A program made the position numbers and the translations under genes. Below, one piece after another: positions 13,769 through 30,200 of a DNA stretch of 64,000 nt (positions within the stretch are counted from its first letter, which is position 1; every line of letters starts with the position of its first letter). The notes below the pieces were generated by a model. The model saw only the letters and a program-made list of their open reading frames with translations, made no database searches and was not told the DNA's origin. Source of the DNA: Catajapyx aquilonaris. Lineage: Eukaryota. Where the stretch lies: contig KZ538499.1 of NCBI GenBank assembly GCA_000934665.2, forward strand, positions 1 to 64,000. Direction: 5' to 3'.

Positions 13769-14071
13769 TCTATATAAATAAAGCCGTTTGTGAGTCTGTC
13801 TGTCTGTCTGTCTGTCCGCCTTCCAACCGTCATTTGCGTGCCATCTGTGCTCTACCCCAGGCCGGGAGAGGATGGAGGTGTTGGGGGTGGACTACAGATG
13901 GCAGGCAAATGACGGTTGCCGTTATACAGGTTGAAGGTGTTGGAGTAGCAGGACCACAGATGGCATTTGTGGCCGGACACACAGAAAGACAGACAGTATG
14001 TTGACGGGGGTACTGGCAGGTGTTTTCCCTTCATTCATTTCTTCCCGGGCAACGCCGGGTGCCGCAGCTAG
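13769..14071 (+). mobile_element. Non-autonomous Helitron
   Basis: A|TC start (tctatataaataaa), (gtct)n microsatellite, 3' hairpin cccgggcaacgccggg, CTAG|T end, no TSD. Confidence 0.85.
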
Positions 14072-14182
14072 TTAATGGATAAGCACAGGTATCGCCGCCT
14101 GGTGGAGCTTTTCCTTTAGACTGGCCTATATGAAGCGAAGGAAAAGCGCCGCCAGGCGGCGATACTTGTGCTTATCCATTAA
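14072..14182. mobile_element. Fold-back MITE
   Basis: ~45-bp near-perfect arms ttaatggataagcacaggtatcgccgcctgg / ccaggcggcgatacttgtgcttatccattaa. Confidence 0.8.
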
Positions 14183-15229
14183 TTCGTACCATACCGTATC
14201 AGAGGAGTTGTATGGTCCATAGTGAGACATCGGCTATTGTAGTACCACGCTCGCACAACCCTGATAGTGGCACCATGAAGATGCGCCATCCAGGTGAGGG
14301 ACAGGCAATTTGGGGTCGCCCGTAAAGTACGTCACGCTAGTAGGACATCTTGTTGTTCAACCACACAAGCCACACGTATGCGTGACATACACAACGTATA
14401 ATAATGCATGTGTTTTGGCATGTCTGAGCAGGTGTTAAAACCAGCTGGGGAGGACCCCCAGGAGGTCTCACCATCTCTTTTCCTTCAAGAAAAATCCAAC
14501 GACTCAATTAGTTTTTGCGGTTTTCTCGGGTGGTCATCACTCACTCGAGAGATGGTGTTTTTCCTCCTCTTCTTCTTCTGGGGGCCTGGGGTTGGCTGGA
14601 CACAAAAGGTGACATGGTGGTGTGGACAATTCGCTGGCCATGATGATGGATGCTGCTGGGGTATGTTTCCCAGGGACGTGCTTTCGGCAAGTCATACTCG
14701 CAATCTGTGAAAAGTCGTGACGTGACGCGTAGTTAAGTACCCAGGAAGTGTGCGTGCTTGTCGATTCAAATTCGCACTACTATACAGAGTTGCTTGGTGC
14801 AAAATAATGTTCGCAAAATTTTCTCGGAATGGACTTGTTGCGAATTTCAACTCCGAAATTACTGATCTTGTTGATTTTGGCTATTTTGGGTTCATTACCG
14901 CGCGAGATAGCCGCTTGCAAAAATCGCAATAGGGATGATTCTGCGGGACAGGCAACCACGGCCGGATGTTCACTAATCACCCGAAATAGGTGACCCAACT
15001 GTGTGACACAAAGTGGGCCGGTTACAAAGTACATAAATTTTTGTTGCGACTCGTGTTTGCCCAGCTTGTGTCCCCACCACGTGGTCTAAGAAACATGGCA
15101 GGTCGCCTGCTGCGTTAACAACATTTTTGGCGCAGGTGGTGCCCACTGATGGTGTAGAGCCAACCAGAAAAAAAGTGAAAGCTGGGAATTCGTGCATTTT
15201 CTAGCAACATAATATCAAATTATCCATGT

Positions 15230-16270
15230 CAATAATAGTTAGTAGATTTGTGAATGACTATTTAATATATAATATTAAATGCAGTCATGTTAATAATAGT
15301 AGCTATATTGATAACAGCTTAGTTAAGTAGCAATTACTTATTAAATGGTTATGCCCATATAAATTAGCAATGTTAATAATCGTCAAAGTAGCTGTTAACA
15401 ACGCATAATAGTTTGGTAATAATAGTTAACAAGAAGTTCATAGTTAATAATAAATTGTTAATGGTTAATAAATTGTTAATAGTCTAGGTCATAATTTGTT
15501 AATAATAGTTATTAATAGTTAATAATAAATTGTTAATGGTTAATAAATTGTTAATAGTCTAGGTCATAATTTGCTAATAATAGTTATTAATAATTAATAG
15601 GTATTAATTTGTCAATAATAGTTATTAATAGTTATTAATAGTTAATAATAGCTATTAATAGTTAATAATAGTTAATAATAGATATTAATAGTTAATAATT
15701 TGTTAATAATAGTTAATAATAGTTAATACATTGTTATTAATAGTTAATAATTTGTTAATAATAGTTATTAATAGTTAATACATTGTTAATAATAGCCATT
15801 AATAGTTAATAGTTTAAACGTCAATAATTTGTTATTAATAGTTAATAGTTCAACCGTTAATAATTTGTTATTAATAGTTAATAGTTTAACCGTTAATAAT
15901 GTTATTAATAGTTAATAGTTTAACCGTCAATAATTTGTTAATGGTAGTACTGTAAGCCAATTAGTTATTTTGCAGTTATGCTCATGTAAGTTATCTGTGT
16001 TAATTCCCGGTTAATTCAGTAGCTTTGTTGATGATTGTCAGAAACTTTAGTAATAGCAGTAACTGCGTTAATAACTATAACTAGTAACTATAACTGTTAG
16101 TTATAATTTCGTAATAGTTAATAGTAGCTACGGTTAATAGTAGCTACGGTTAATAGTAGCTACTGCACGTTTAATAATAATAGCTGTGTTTAATATTAGC
16201 TATGTAGGCTAAATAATAATTTTTGGTAAGTACTTAGTAGTTATGTTAAATAGTTAATGGGTTAATGAAT
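15230..16270. repeat. AT-rich short-unit satellite
   Basis: Repeated aatagttaat / aatagttatt with higher-order duplications. Confidence 0.9.
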
Positions 16271-17443
16271 CAGCTATTAAACTGTGACGTTGATATAAAA
16301 TGAGTTTTGTCCGCACCATTGGAGACCTTATGACCAACACATGCCGCTCACAGTAGTCGTCACCCCCTCCGAAAATTAATAACCTTGCCACGCTTCTCTG
16401 AATTCATTTCTCCTCTCAACACCATCAAAATCCTTTCAAACGACTCTGCTTTTAACTCCCCGCCATCATGCCAACCTGTATTATATATAGCAGTTAGCAG
16501 CCAATCTCGCCGCATGCACTAACTTCCCAAGTCATGACATAATCGCATTTTCTGCTGGTAAAACAACCCGACGCGTGTTCCCAACGGCCCAATAACAACC
16601 CCCTCCAAGTTGTAACACCCACCCTACCCAACAACCATTAAGCAATTACCTCACATGTTACCACCACCTAAAAGATAACAACAACAGGAAAAAAAGGTGA
16701 ATGAAAAGCGCATATGTATCGGAAAATTCATTGAGTCACAACATGAATGGCGACTATTGAATCAGACAAGGTACAAGGTTAGTCATCTCGTGTCTGCCTA
16801 CATAAAAGTTGAGGTAATTGCCCCCCGTGACACGTCCCTTTGGAGCAATTACTACATAACCCCCCACAATCTAATAGCCATTTTTATATCCCTAATATAA
16901 CTCTCTGGAAGGGGGGGGGGGTGACTCAATGTCTCCTTTTTTAGGACCCAGTGATTTTTAATTCCCCAAAATATTGTGCGACCTGACGTGACAGGTGTTG
17001 TCACGCCCATTAGGCGACCTCATTGGTTTGTGTCGTGACGATTCGGCCGCCAAAATAATTATATATATATTTTTTTTGAGGTTATGGAATCGATTTCGGG
17101 GCAAAATTGGTGCGGGACGGCCTTGAGGATCGATACGGAATCGATAAGATTTGGATGCAGTGGTTTTTTAATATCTGATGAGAGGGGGTTGACGTCACTT
17201 TTGTAGGTGACGCACCTTGGGGGTCAAGTGATGTGCGATAAGAGAAAGAAGGAGGATGCACGTGACCCTAAATATACCTGGTGTTTCATAACAGCACTGC
17301 AAGAAATATTCCAAACTAATAAGCTGCTTATTATGAAACAGCTACTTTTCAGCTTAAGAAATACCGGAACAGGAATTTGTCAAGTGTCACTCCTATACAG
17401 GCCACTGACCTCCACTTGTAACATATTGCACAATGCCGCAGGA

Positions 17444-17551
17444 CCCAAGTAGCACGAATCGCCCTGGAATATTCCATGGATATCCACTAAATCGCCACTG
17501 GATATTTGGATATCCATGGGATATTCCAGGGTGATTCGTGCGCTACTTGGG
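17444..17551. mobile_element. Fold-back MITE (partial copy at ~32632-32690)
   Basis: cccaagtagcacgaatcgccctggaatattccatggatatcca / tggatatccatgggatattccagggtgattcgtgcgctacttggg. Confidence 0.75.
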
Positions 17552-17957
17552 GAAGGGGGGGTAAAAATCGCGAATTGGCTGAAAATGAGGTTCTTTTTGA
17601 GATCGTTTTTTCAGTCAACTGTATAAGCCACGAATGTTAGTTTGCCAAATTTTCAACTAATATAATACCGTATAATTATAAAATAAAAATGTCCACAGAA
17701 TGTATTAGCTTTAAGAGCGTTCCAGGAACACCAGCGCCATCTGTCTGGTTACAATCTGCCAAAGGTTGGCCTGTGCATGGTGCTGCCACCTTCCGACCGT
17801 CCTTCCAACTCTGTCGGGAACACGTGTCGGCTTCCCTCTTTGTTGTCCATTTTCTCTGTGGTCGGGGACTCTTCTTCCTGCCTTCCTTCCTTCGGGACCT
17901 CGGTATAGCACCACGTCCTCCTCTTCCCGTCTCGCCAGTTGGATCAGACGGTACAGG

Positions 17958-19868
17958 ATGCGCCTCCTCTTCACCGTCTGCCTAGGGGTCGCCCTTGGGT
18001 TCGCCCTGGCCTCGATCACCCAGGCAGCAGCAGAAGCCAAGGGACCCAAAGTCACACACACGGTTCGACACAACGTCCCTCACTCTTATATCTTATTATA
18101 TTGTTCCATTCTCTCGCATTTTATACTCTATAAGGTGTCAAACGTGGGGCTCCAAATATGAGAAAAAAACAACACACTTTGTTACTTAACAACACATTTT
18201 GCATGCCGCAACACTTGCGGAACACTCCGCATCAACAAAGTGTTCCGTAACACTGTGATGGACTTGTCTGCAAGGTTATGCAATAATTAATGTAATGCCA
18301 TATAACTAATTACGAGCAACTGCTACGATTAATGTAGCAACGCATCAACTAATACAGCAACCTATATAATTTAAAAAAGCAATAACAACTAGTATAACTG
18401 ATATAATAAATGTAGTACTATCAATGTAATAAACGGTTCGTTTGCAAGGTTACGTAATAATTAAGACGATACTCTAATGAAATTCATATAACAAGCAACT
18501 AATATAATTAGTACTATACCATAACTAATACAACATTACAGTGCAACTGGATGTAACTAATATAATTCATGTAACACGATAACTCATATAATGTAATATA
18601 TAACTAATGTAAAAGACAACCAATAGAAAGAATATACAAAATCTATCATGTAATTAATGTAACACAATAACCACAATACAATTAATATAAAACAATAACT
18701 AATGTAATGACATAGCTAATATTCACATACAATAACTAATATGAATATAGTAACAACTAATATATAACAATTCAGCAACTAATAATTATGATGTATTAGG
18801 TAATTTTATTAGTTACATATAGTTATATATTACATTAGTCATATCAGTTACTGCATATTAATTTTATTAGTTATATATAGTTGTTATATATTACATTAGT
18901 CATATCAGTTACTGCATAATAAGTTTAATTAGATAGTTGTGTCAGTAAATAACTAATAAAATTAATTTACAGTAACTGATATGATTAATGTAATAGATAA
19001 CTTATACACCTTTATAACTAATATTATATACAGTAATATAATAAACTGTAATAAATCATGTACATGGCATTGTTGACATTACTAAAAGGCTGTGATCGCA
19101 CTACATGGACAGGAGTTTTGTTGAAAATTGTTGCCGTAATAATATTGTAGCGCAGCTTGTGACACGATTACGGACAATGTTGCGTAACCTTACGTTTAAT
19201 CAGACGCATTACCAGATATGATCAGTGCGGTTCGATGCTGATTGCGGTAGAATCGCATAATTACATACGTTCCTCTTCCCTGATAGGTATGGTTCGATGT
19301 GACGATCGGTGGCGAGGCGGCCGGTCGCATCGAGATCGGACTGTTCGGCAAGACGGTGCCCAAGACGGTGAAGAACTTTTACGAGCTGGCCCAGAAGGAT
19401 GAAGGGGAGGGTTACAAGGGGTCGGTGTTCCATCGGGTGATCAAGGACTTCATGATCCAAGGAGGCGACTTCACCAAAGGGGACGGCACAGGCGGACGGT
19501 CCATCTACGGCGAACGGTTTGCCGACGAGAACTTCAAGCTGAAGCACTTTGGCGCAGGCTGGTTGTCCATGGCCAACGCTGGGAAGGACACCAACGGATC
19601 GCAATTCTTCATCACCGTCAAGACCACTCCTTGGCTGGACGGAAGGCACGTCGTATTCGGGAAAATCATCAAGGGAATGGTGAGTCGACCGCTTCATGCT
19701 GTACGTTTCGCATCTAATCCGATCTATTTCCAGTCCGTCGTCCGCAAGATCGAGAGCACCAAGACCGACAACCGAGACAAGCCCGAAAAAGAAATCGCCA
19801 TTGCCGACTGCGGAGGCGAAGAGGTGTCCGAACCATTCCCAGTCAGCAAAGACGACGCTGTTGAGTAA
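17958..19868 (+). CDS. PPIB: Peptidyl-prolyl cis-trans isomerase B (cyclophilin B), 210 aa
   Basis: Exons 17958-18062, 19287-19679 and 19734-19868, with phase-0 GT-AG introns. Signal peptide [18 protein letters not shown], then [53 protein letters not shown], and C-terminal [11 protein letters not shown]. Confidence 0.96.
18290..19050. repeat. AT-rich degenerate repeat island in PPIB intron 1
   Basis: taactaat-type motifs switch to attagtta near 18795 and back near 18950. Confidence 0.7.
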
Positions 19869-20005
19869 GCAGCGCAACTTCCCCTCGGTGCCAACATTTT
19901 CAGGGATTTCAACGAGTCGAGTGGCCACCGAGCTTTTTCTGCGTTACATAAACAATGAGGTTCGATCAGCAATATTAATGTTTTCAGGTTTCTGTTTAAA
20001 GCTCA

Positions 20006-20011
20006 AATAAA
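20006..20011 (+). promoter_or_regulatory. Probable polyadenylation signal of PPIB
   Basis: AATAAA about 140 nt after the stop, followed by GT/T-rich sequence. Confidence 0.65.
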
Positions 20012-20790
20012 GGTGTTTTTTCATTGCGGTGGTACGTCCCGTTGTTTCTGTAACGACACTTCCCTTGCACTTTGCTGTAACGTCCATCTGAAACCTGGAC
20101 GTACACTAATTACATAACGTCGCATGTTTCTGTAACCTGAACAAATTAACATGGCGTCGGGCAAAAAAAATTTATTCGCTAAATCCCGAATACACAAGCT
20201 GGACAAATACTTGATGTAACAACAGTAGAGGACAAAGAGAAATTGTATAACATGCAGATGTATAACAACGTTGTTCTTTCACCTGGCACACAAATCACAA
20301 CTAATTAATCCGGTGCTCTTTTTAAAAAAATACTCATTGCAAAGTGGGGCGATGTACGTTATGCCATCCCGCGACAGAAAAAAGTCATTAAAATTTGTTT
20401 GGTCCCAATAATGGACAAAAAAAAAAGTAGCCAATTCATACTAATTTTTTGGCACGATTCTGGTTCCTCGCAAAATACATATTTTTTATTCCTAATCTAA
20501 TCTACGTGCGTTGGCGTCTTAACTAAATTATATGGCTTGTTAAACTGGCCCCGTCCCTAATTATCGTGCGGTTGGGGGAGGACGTGCCATCGTAATATGG
20601 GCAAATTGGGAGAGGGAGGCCTAACATTCCTCTTTTGGTTTTTCTCGCAAAAAAAAAACAATTCGGGCGGAAGAACACTTGTCTTTTTTTTTTATATATA
20701 GTCGTTTCAAGCAGTCTGGTTCAAGAACAAATGGTGGGGCATCCAACAATGAAGCAGGCACTTGAAATGACATATTCTCCCGATACCTCC

Positions 20791-24784
<3,994 letters not shown>

Positions 24785-25429
24785 GGCTGTTAGTATAAAT
24801 TGGTCCTGCAAACCATCAAACAAAAAGGTATGCAAATCACAAGCCCTGACCTTGGGGGAGGGGGTTAAAGTAGTTGTGCTCGTGCCTTAATTAGTCCTAC
24901 AAGTTAATAAGGGTGTTGTTACCTTCTGTTTCAACACCACAAAATCTAGCGTTGGTTGGGAGTGTTAACAAGGGGTGCTTCCTGCCTGCACCGATCGCGA
25001 AGCCGAAGAGGGGCCGTGGGGGACAAACTGCCTTGATAATACACAGCCAGAAGAGGGTGTAGGGGAAGGTGGGGAAGGGGAAAAAATATATATATAAAAG
25101 AGAGGAGGTTGCCACGTTTCCTTGATGGACATTTTGGCAACGTTGCGACCACATTTCAAATGCATTGTTTACACGTGCACACACATACACACGGCGCATG
25201 CGTGCTACGTTATGATTGGAGCTTATCTGAACATGCTGCCTTCTGATTGGTTCAATCCATCGCTTTTGTTTCCCCAGGACTGGCACGTGTAAACAGAACA
25301 GCTGCACACTTTTTGAAACAAAGGGCGGGAAGTTGCTCCAGACGTTTGGCTAATTAAAGATGTAATTAAATCCAGCCGAATAATTAGGTTGGATGAAAGT
25401 TTCTTCGTTTCGTTTTTACTGCGCTTTTT

Positions 25430-25604
25430 GGGATAGGATAGGGAAAGGAAGGAGGCGGCTGTGGCCTATTAGTTTAGGAAACAACTCCGGAATTCTCCTG
25501 GAGGGACCGTGGGAAACCACGGAAAACCACGGTTAGAGTTGCCGGCACCGGGATTCGAACCCAGGACCTCCCGATTACCAGTCGGATACCATATCCCCTC
25601 GGCC
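25430..25604 (-). mobile_element. tRNA-derived SINE
   Basis: Minus-strand head with B-box GGTTCGAATCC, followed by a non-tRNA body (ggttttccgtggtttccc..ctccaggagaattccgg..taggccacagccgcctccttcc). Related head at 49408-49492. Confidence 0.7.
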
Positions 25605-25649
25605 GGTTAATTTATTCACACTGTTTTATATTTGCCAGAGTTGGCGGCT

Positions 25650-26400
25650 TTAAAATTTTACTAAGTTTAATTTCATTTTAATTAATTTAACATTACCATT
25701 AGCATGGCATTTTAAATTTTCACTCTTTTGTCATTTCCAAATTTTATTTAGGCCTATTCGTTTTTTACGTTAAGTAACAAAGGTTTATTTCATTTTTAAT
25801 TTTATTTGTGCTTTATTTTCATTTTTAATTTTATTTGTGCTTTATTTTCATTTCATTAATTTTACGTTAACATTAATATTAATTTCATTTATTTGTATTT
25901 ACTATATTTATATCTACTTTATAAATGTTATTTAATTAATTTTTATTTACTTTGTTACATTTATATTTTACCTTACACTACATTTTTACGTCATTTATGT
26001 ATATTTAATTTTTAATCAGTTTCATTTATTTTTTACCATGCACTATTTTTACTTCATTTATGTATATTTAATTTTTACTTTGTTTCATTTATTTTTTACC
26101 TTACACTAAATATTTTGACTTCATATACTGTATTTATATTTAATTTTTACTGTTTCATTTTTTGCCTTACACTATATTTTTTACTAATTAGTAGGCTAAT
26201 TAAAATTTTCAATTAAATTTGAATTAAAATAAAATAAGTTTAATTAAAATTACCTTTTCATTAACATTAAAATAACTTTTTAATTTAAATTAAAATCACA
26301 TTTTAATTACTGTGATTCATCAATTTTTTACCTTCCACTACATATTTTTTTTACTTTATTTATTTTAAATAACTTGAGTAATGTATTTTATTTTAAATAC
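25650..26400. repeat. T-rich low-complexity / minisatellite island
   Basis: Duplicated tttatttgtgctttattttcattt and ttaccttacacta units. Confidence 0.75.
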
Positions 26401-27256
26401 CGTACACTTCCAAATTTAAATGGCCTGAAAAATGAAGTGCCTGCGACTATGCTCGGGTAAATACCGGGGAATATTTTCTATTGTAAACAAGGACATGTCT
26501 TTTTATCTTGAAATGTGGATAAAAATTTGACGACGTAAAATGCGTGTCTCATATTGCAAACACAGGTGTCTTGATAAGTTGGACACCAGCGTACACGTAC
26601 AGGAGGCAATATTGAGTCCAAAAGCGCAAAATGCGACTGTGGTAAACGAGATGTTATAATTCGCACTTTGTTCTTACACATCATGTGTCAAGCTGTGACA
26701 CATTTCTTGTCATTACTAAGCCGGTAGTCCTCCTTTCAAAACATCCTGTACTGTACAACAACCATGGAGTTCGGTACACAAGTTGTCATACGCACAGCTT
26801 TCTCATAATGAAAAGGGTAGGCCCTCCAAATGACAAGGTGATTCTCAGATGAACTGTTTTATCATAGTCACTTATAAACAGTACATTCAAAAATACATTG
26901 CCCTTGAATTACCGGCAAAAGCGATTAACAAGAATAGGACAAGTGCTGATTGTAATGCCACATTCGAAACGAAATTATCCTTTCGGACAAAAAGTATCAC
27001 ACAAATATTTTCGTTACTTGCCGCTGCAGTAGGCGGCCATCAATGATGTTTTTTTCGTTACAATTACAAACGACATTTCCATCATAAAAAATAATAATTG
27101 TTACTCACGATTAGGAACTTAAGTTGCGGTAGTTACTCCGGAACATTGAGAGAAAAAAAAAACCTGGCCGCATAAATACATAATACTTATACATTGAACA
27201 CAACATGGTCAACGGGAATGTAGATTTAGTCGACAAACAAAAGTCGGGAGGTGACC

Positions 27257-30200
27257 TCACTTGAGTAATTTGGGGTCAGTCCACGTGTAATACACAGGCG
27301 GAGCGGTCAGATCCTCGTCGTCTGACAGCGGAGATTGTACCGTGACTGTCAGTACAACCTGACACTTCCCAGCCTCCGCATTGACCAAGCTGGACATCCT
27401 GTGAATTAAGATGCATCGTTAGCGTCCTTTTAATAACCAATTACGTCGATGATGCTCACAGCATTTTTTTCCGCTTCGGATGCCCCGGAACAATGGGCAC
27501 GTACACCATCTTCGTATCCTGCACGACCATCGTCACTTCGACTCCGTACTTTTCCCGCAGCACCTCGATGAAATTCTGTAGGGTAAATGAAGACACAGGG
27601 TCGCCTTTGACCTCCCAGCGGTCCCAGCAGGTTACGGCGGTCGTAGCGGACAGGCAGGTGGTGCTCGGAAGAGACGGCCCGTAGGTAGATAAGCTCGATG
27701 GGAATGTCATATCGAAAGTCCAGTTGTGAAACGGCGAAGTGTTGTTCGGCGAGTAAGTCGGATCGGATGGAATCATTGAGTTTGGCGTAATGAACGGCTT
27801 GCGATCGACTGATAAGCAAGTTGGGATCTCCACACATGCCTGTTAACAGATGACAGCAACATAATTATGTCCTATTTAAAACCGCAGTATACGAACCAGC
27901 GCTCCGACGATGCTCGCAGTGCAGCCTACAGTCGGCACGATTCTGCCTGCGATGCGCTTGATTTCCGACATATCGATCCTATCCAGACCGTACATGTCCG
28001 CCCGAAGATTGGCCGCCGACTCTATAAAGCTGAAGTGGTCCACATGGTCGAATCCCGAATGGTTCAGTCGCTTCGGTGGAATAGGGTAGAGGCATGGAAT
28101 TTTCTTGGTGGTAGATGACAACGGAAAGAGTGAAGCGAACTGCTCCAACATAGACGAGATGGAAGAATCGGAAGGTTCCGCTTCAGCTGCAGGCTTCTTG
28201 GCGTTCTCGTCGATCTCAATCGTCTGATTGTAAAATCACATTAAAATTAGATAACAACGTACAATCATGCAGGTTACCTTCCCGTCAATGGGGACAAACT
28301 CGGGGAGCGTCACGGACTGCAGCACTTTTGTCACGTACTCCCGGCTCCTGTTCAGACACGAGTTGGGTATGCCGGAGAGTTTGGCCCACAGAGCCGCATA
28401 GCACATGATGAAGTCCCTTCAAAATTAAATGTGTGTCAATATTTGCAATCGCTAAAATTATAAGATATGATTACATGTGCAGATCATCTTTCGGGTTGAA
28501 TTTTACGGGCGTTGGAAGATGCTTCGGCGGTGTCCAGAATAATGAGCCGTCCGCGAGTGTCCAATCGGCCGGAAAGCAATGCAGGAGTTGTCTAGCGCGG
28601 GTGTCGAAATACTGATGGAATGCTCTGCGGGCCCGGACGATGCATCTGCAATTATCCACTGGTTAATGATCTGAATCAAAAGCGTACATTGTGCGACTCA
28701 CTCGTCCCAGTCCCAAATATGTTTGGTGTGTGGCAGCATCTTGACGGCTTCCCGACTGCCTTCGCCTCTAAGCACTGCCTTCCCAGCACTTTCGCCGCCA
28801 CTCTGCTCCTCCAGTGCTTTCATCAGCTCGAAGTGAAAGTGATTCCAGAACCAGTTGAACTTTTTCGGCTTGACGTACAGCAGGTTCTCCTTTTTAGCCG
28901 AGGCCCATTCGATCAGATGGCCTGGCTCAGACGGGAATGACTTAATGGTGCAGTACGGATAATCACCTTCGCCTAGCGGTGGGTCCAACGAATCCTGAAA
29001 AGTACATGTTGCGTATTACGGAAGTCTGCTGCCCAATCGGATCGTACCTGGTATGCTTCGGTCCAATGCGGATGTATTATTTCGATGCATCCGGCCAGCC
29101 CTCTTGTTCCGCAATGCAAAACGGGCTTCATGGACTCCATGCATGAACGGGAAATGGCACGACGAGCAGTGAGATCGTCAACAGTCGACAGGACCACGTC
29201 GTATTGGGCCCAAAACTCTTTGGATTCCAACGTCGGGTGAATATCAGGCCGGAATTGTATGCAGTGACATGCAGTCTCCAGCCTCGGGTTCAGATCGCGC
29301 AGACGGTCTGGAATACGATGCAATTAAGCAAGTGCAGTAAGTACAAAGGGTGCAACTCACCTGCGATGGCCTCGCACTTTAACCTCCCGACATCACGTTG
29401 ATTCAACAGCGATTGCCCGGCGACGTTGCATCTCCGGACAACCTCGGAGTCAATCATGATCACCTTTTGCAGCCTCAGGCCATCAGTTACAGCCAGGATC
29501 CTCAGCACCTCCAGAGCGATGCTGCTACATCCGACAACTAGTAGGCTCCACGGCTTCATCGGCAGACTTGGCACCCCCACATTCGGGAGGACCAACCATT
29601 GGGTCAAAGGCTGGCCCGTCTTGCTGGCGGCCTTCAGAAATTCGGATACTGTAAACCCGGCGATCAGTGTGGCCATATGCGGATCAGTCCAACGCGGGGC
29701 GTCCGGTTCACTTGGCGGTGAACGCATCTTGACGAAGTTAGTACTGCTCTTAACGTTTGGAATTCCGGAGCAGTACTGGAAGCTCGGTTTCTTCAATTGC
29801 ACCTGGAAGCTTTCCTGTATGAAGCGAAATATTAGCACTGAAATCCAACGAACGGGCGATCCGACTTACGTGACGGACAATATCCGGTGCGGCTGCAACT
29901 TCGATGATTCCGCCATCCTGATATTCTCCGAAGTTGGCCACACCGTCCACCCACAGCTCTTTGCTCGATATGACCTTAACGACCCGTTCGCTCCCATTCA
30001 GCTCGGACATCCCGCCCTTAAGTCGCCAGAACCTGATTGAATCGCCGTCTCTCAATCCGTGATCCTCCGTGCATATTACGGTTCCATCGGTCGAAACAAC
30101 GCTGAGGTGAACCACAGGTTGAGGCAGCTCCCGTCCGAGCCGATCAGCAATTTTAAACTCATCACCCAGGTCCACGAATAGTGAGCAGCTGAAGCCTTGC

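Noticed and set aside
19209..19928. 239-aa minus-strand ORF
   Set aside because: Antisense shadow of GC3-rich PPIB exons; no independent signal.
29426..30040. 204-aa plus-strand ORF
   Set aside because: Antisense to UBA6-like exons 3-4.
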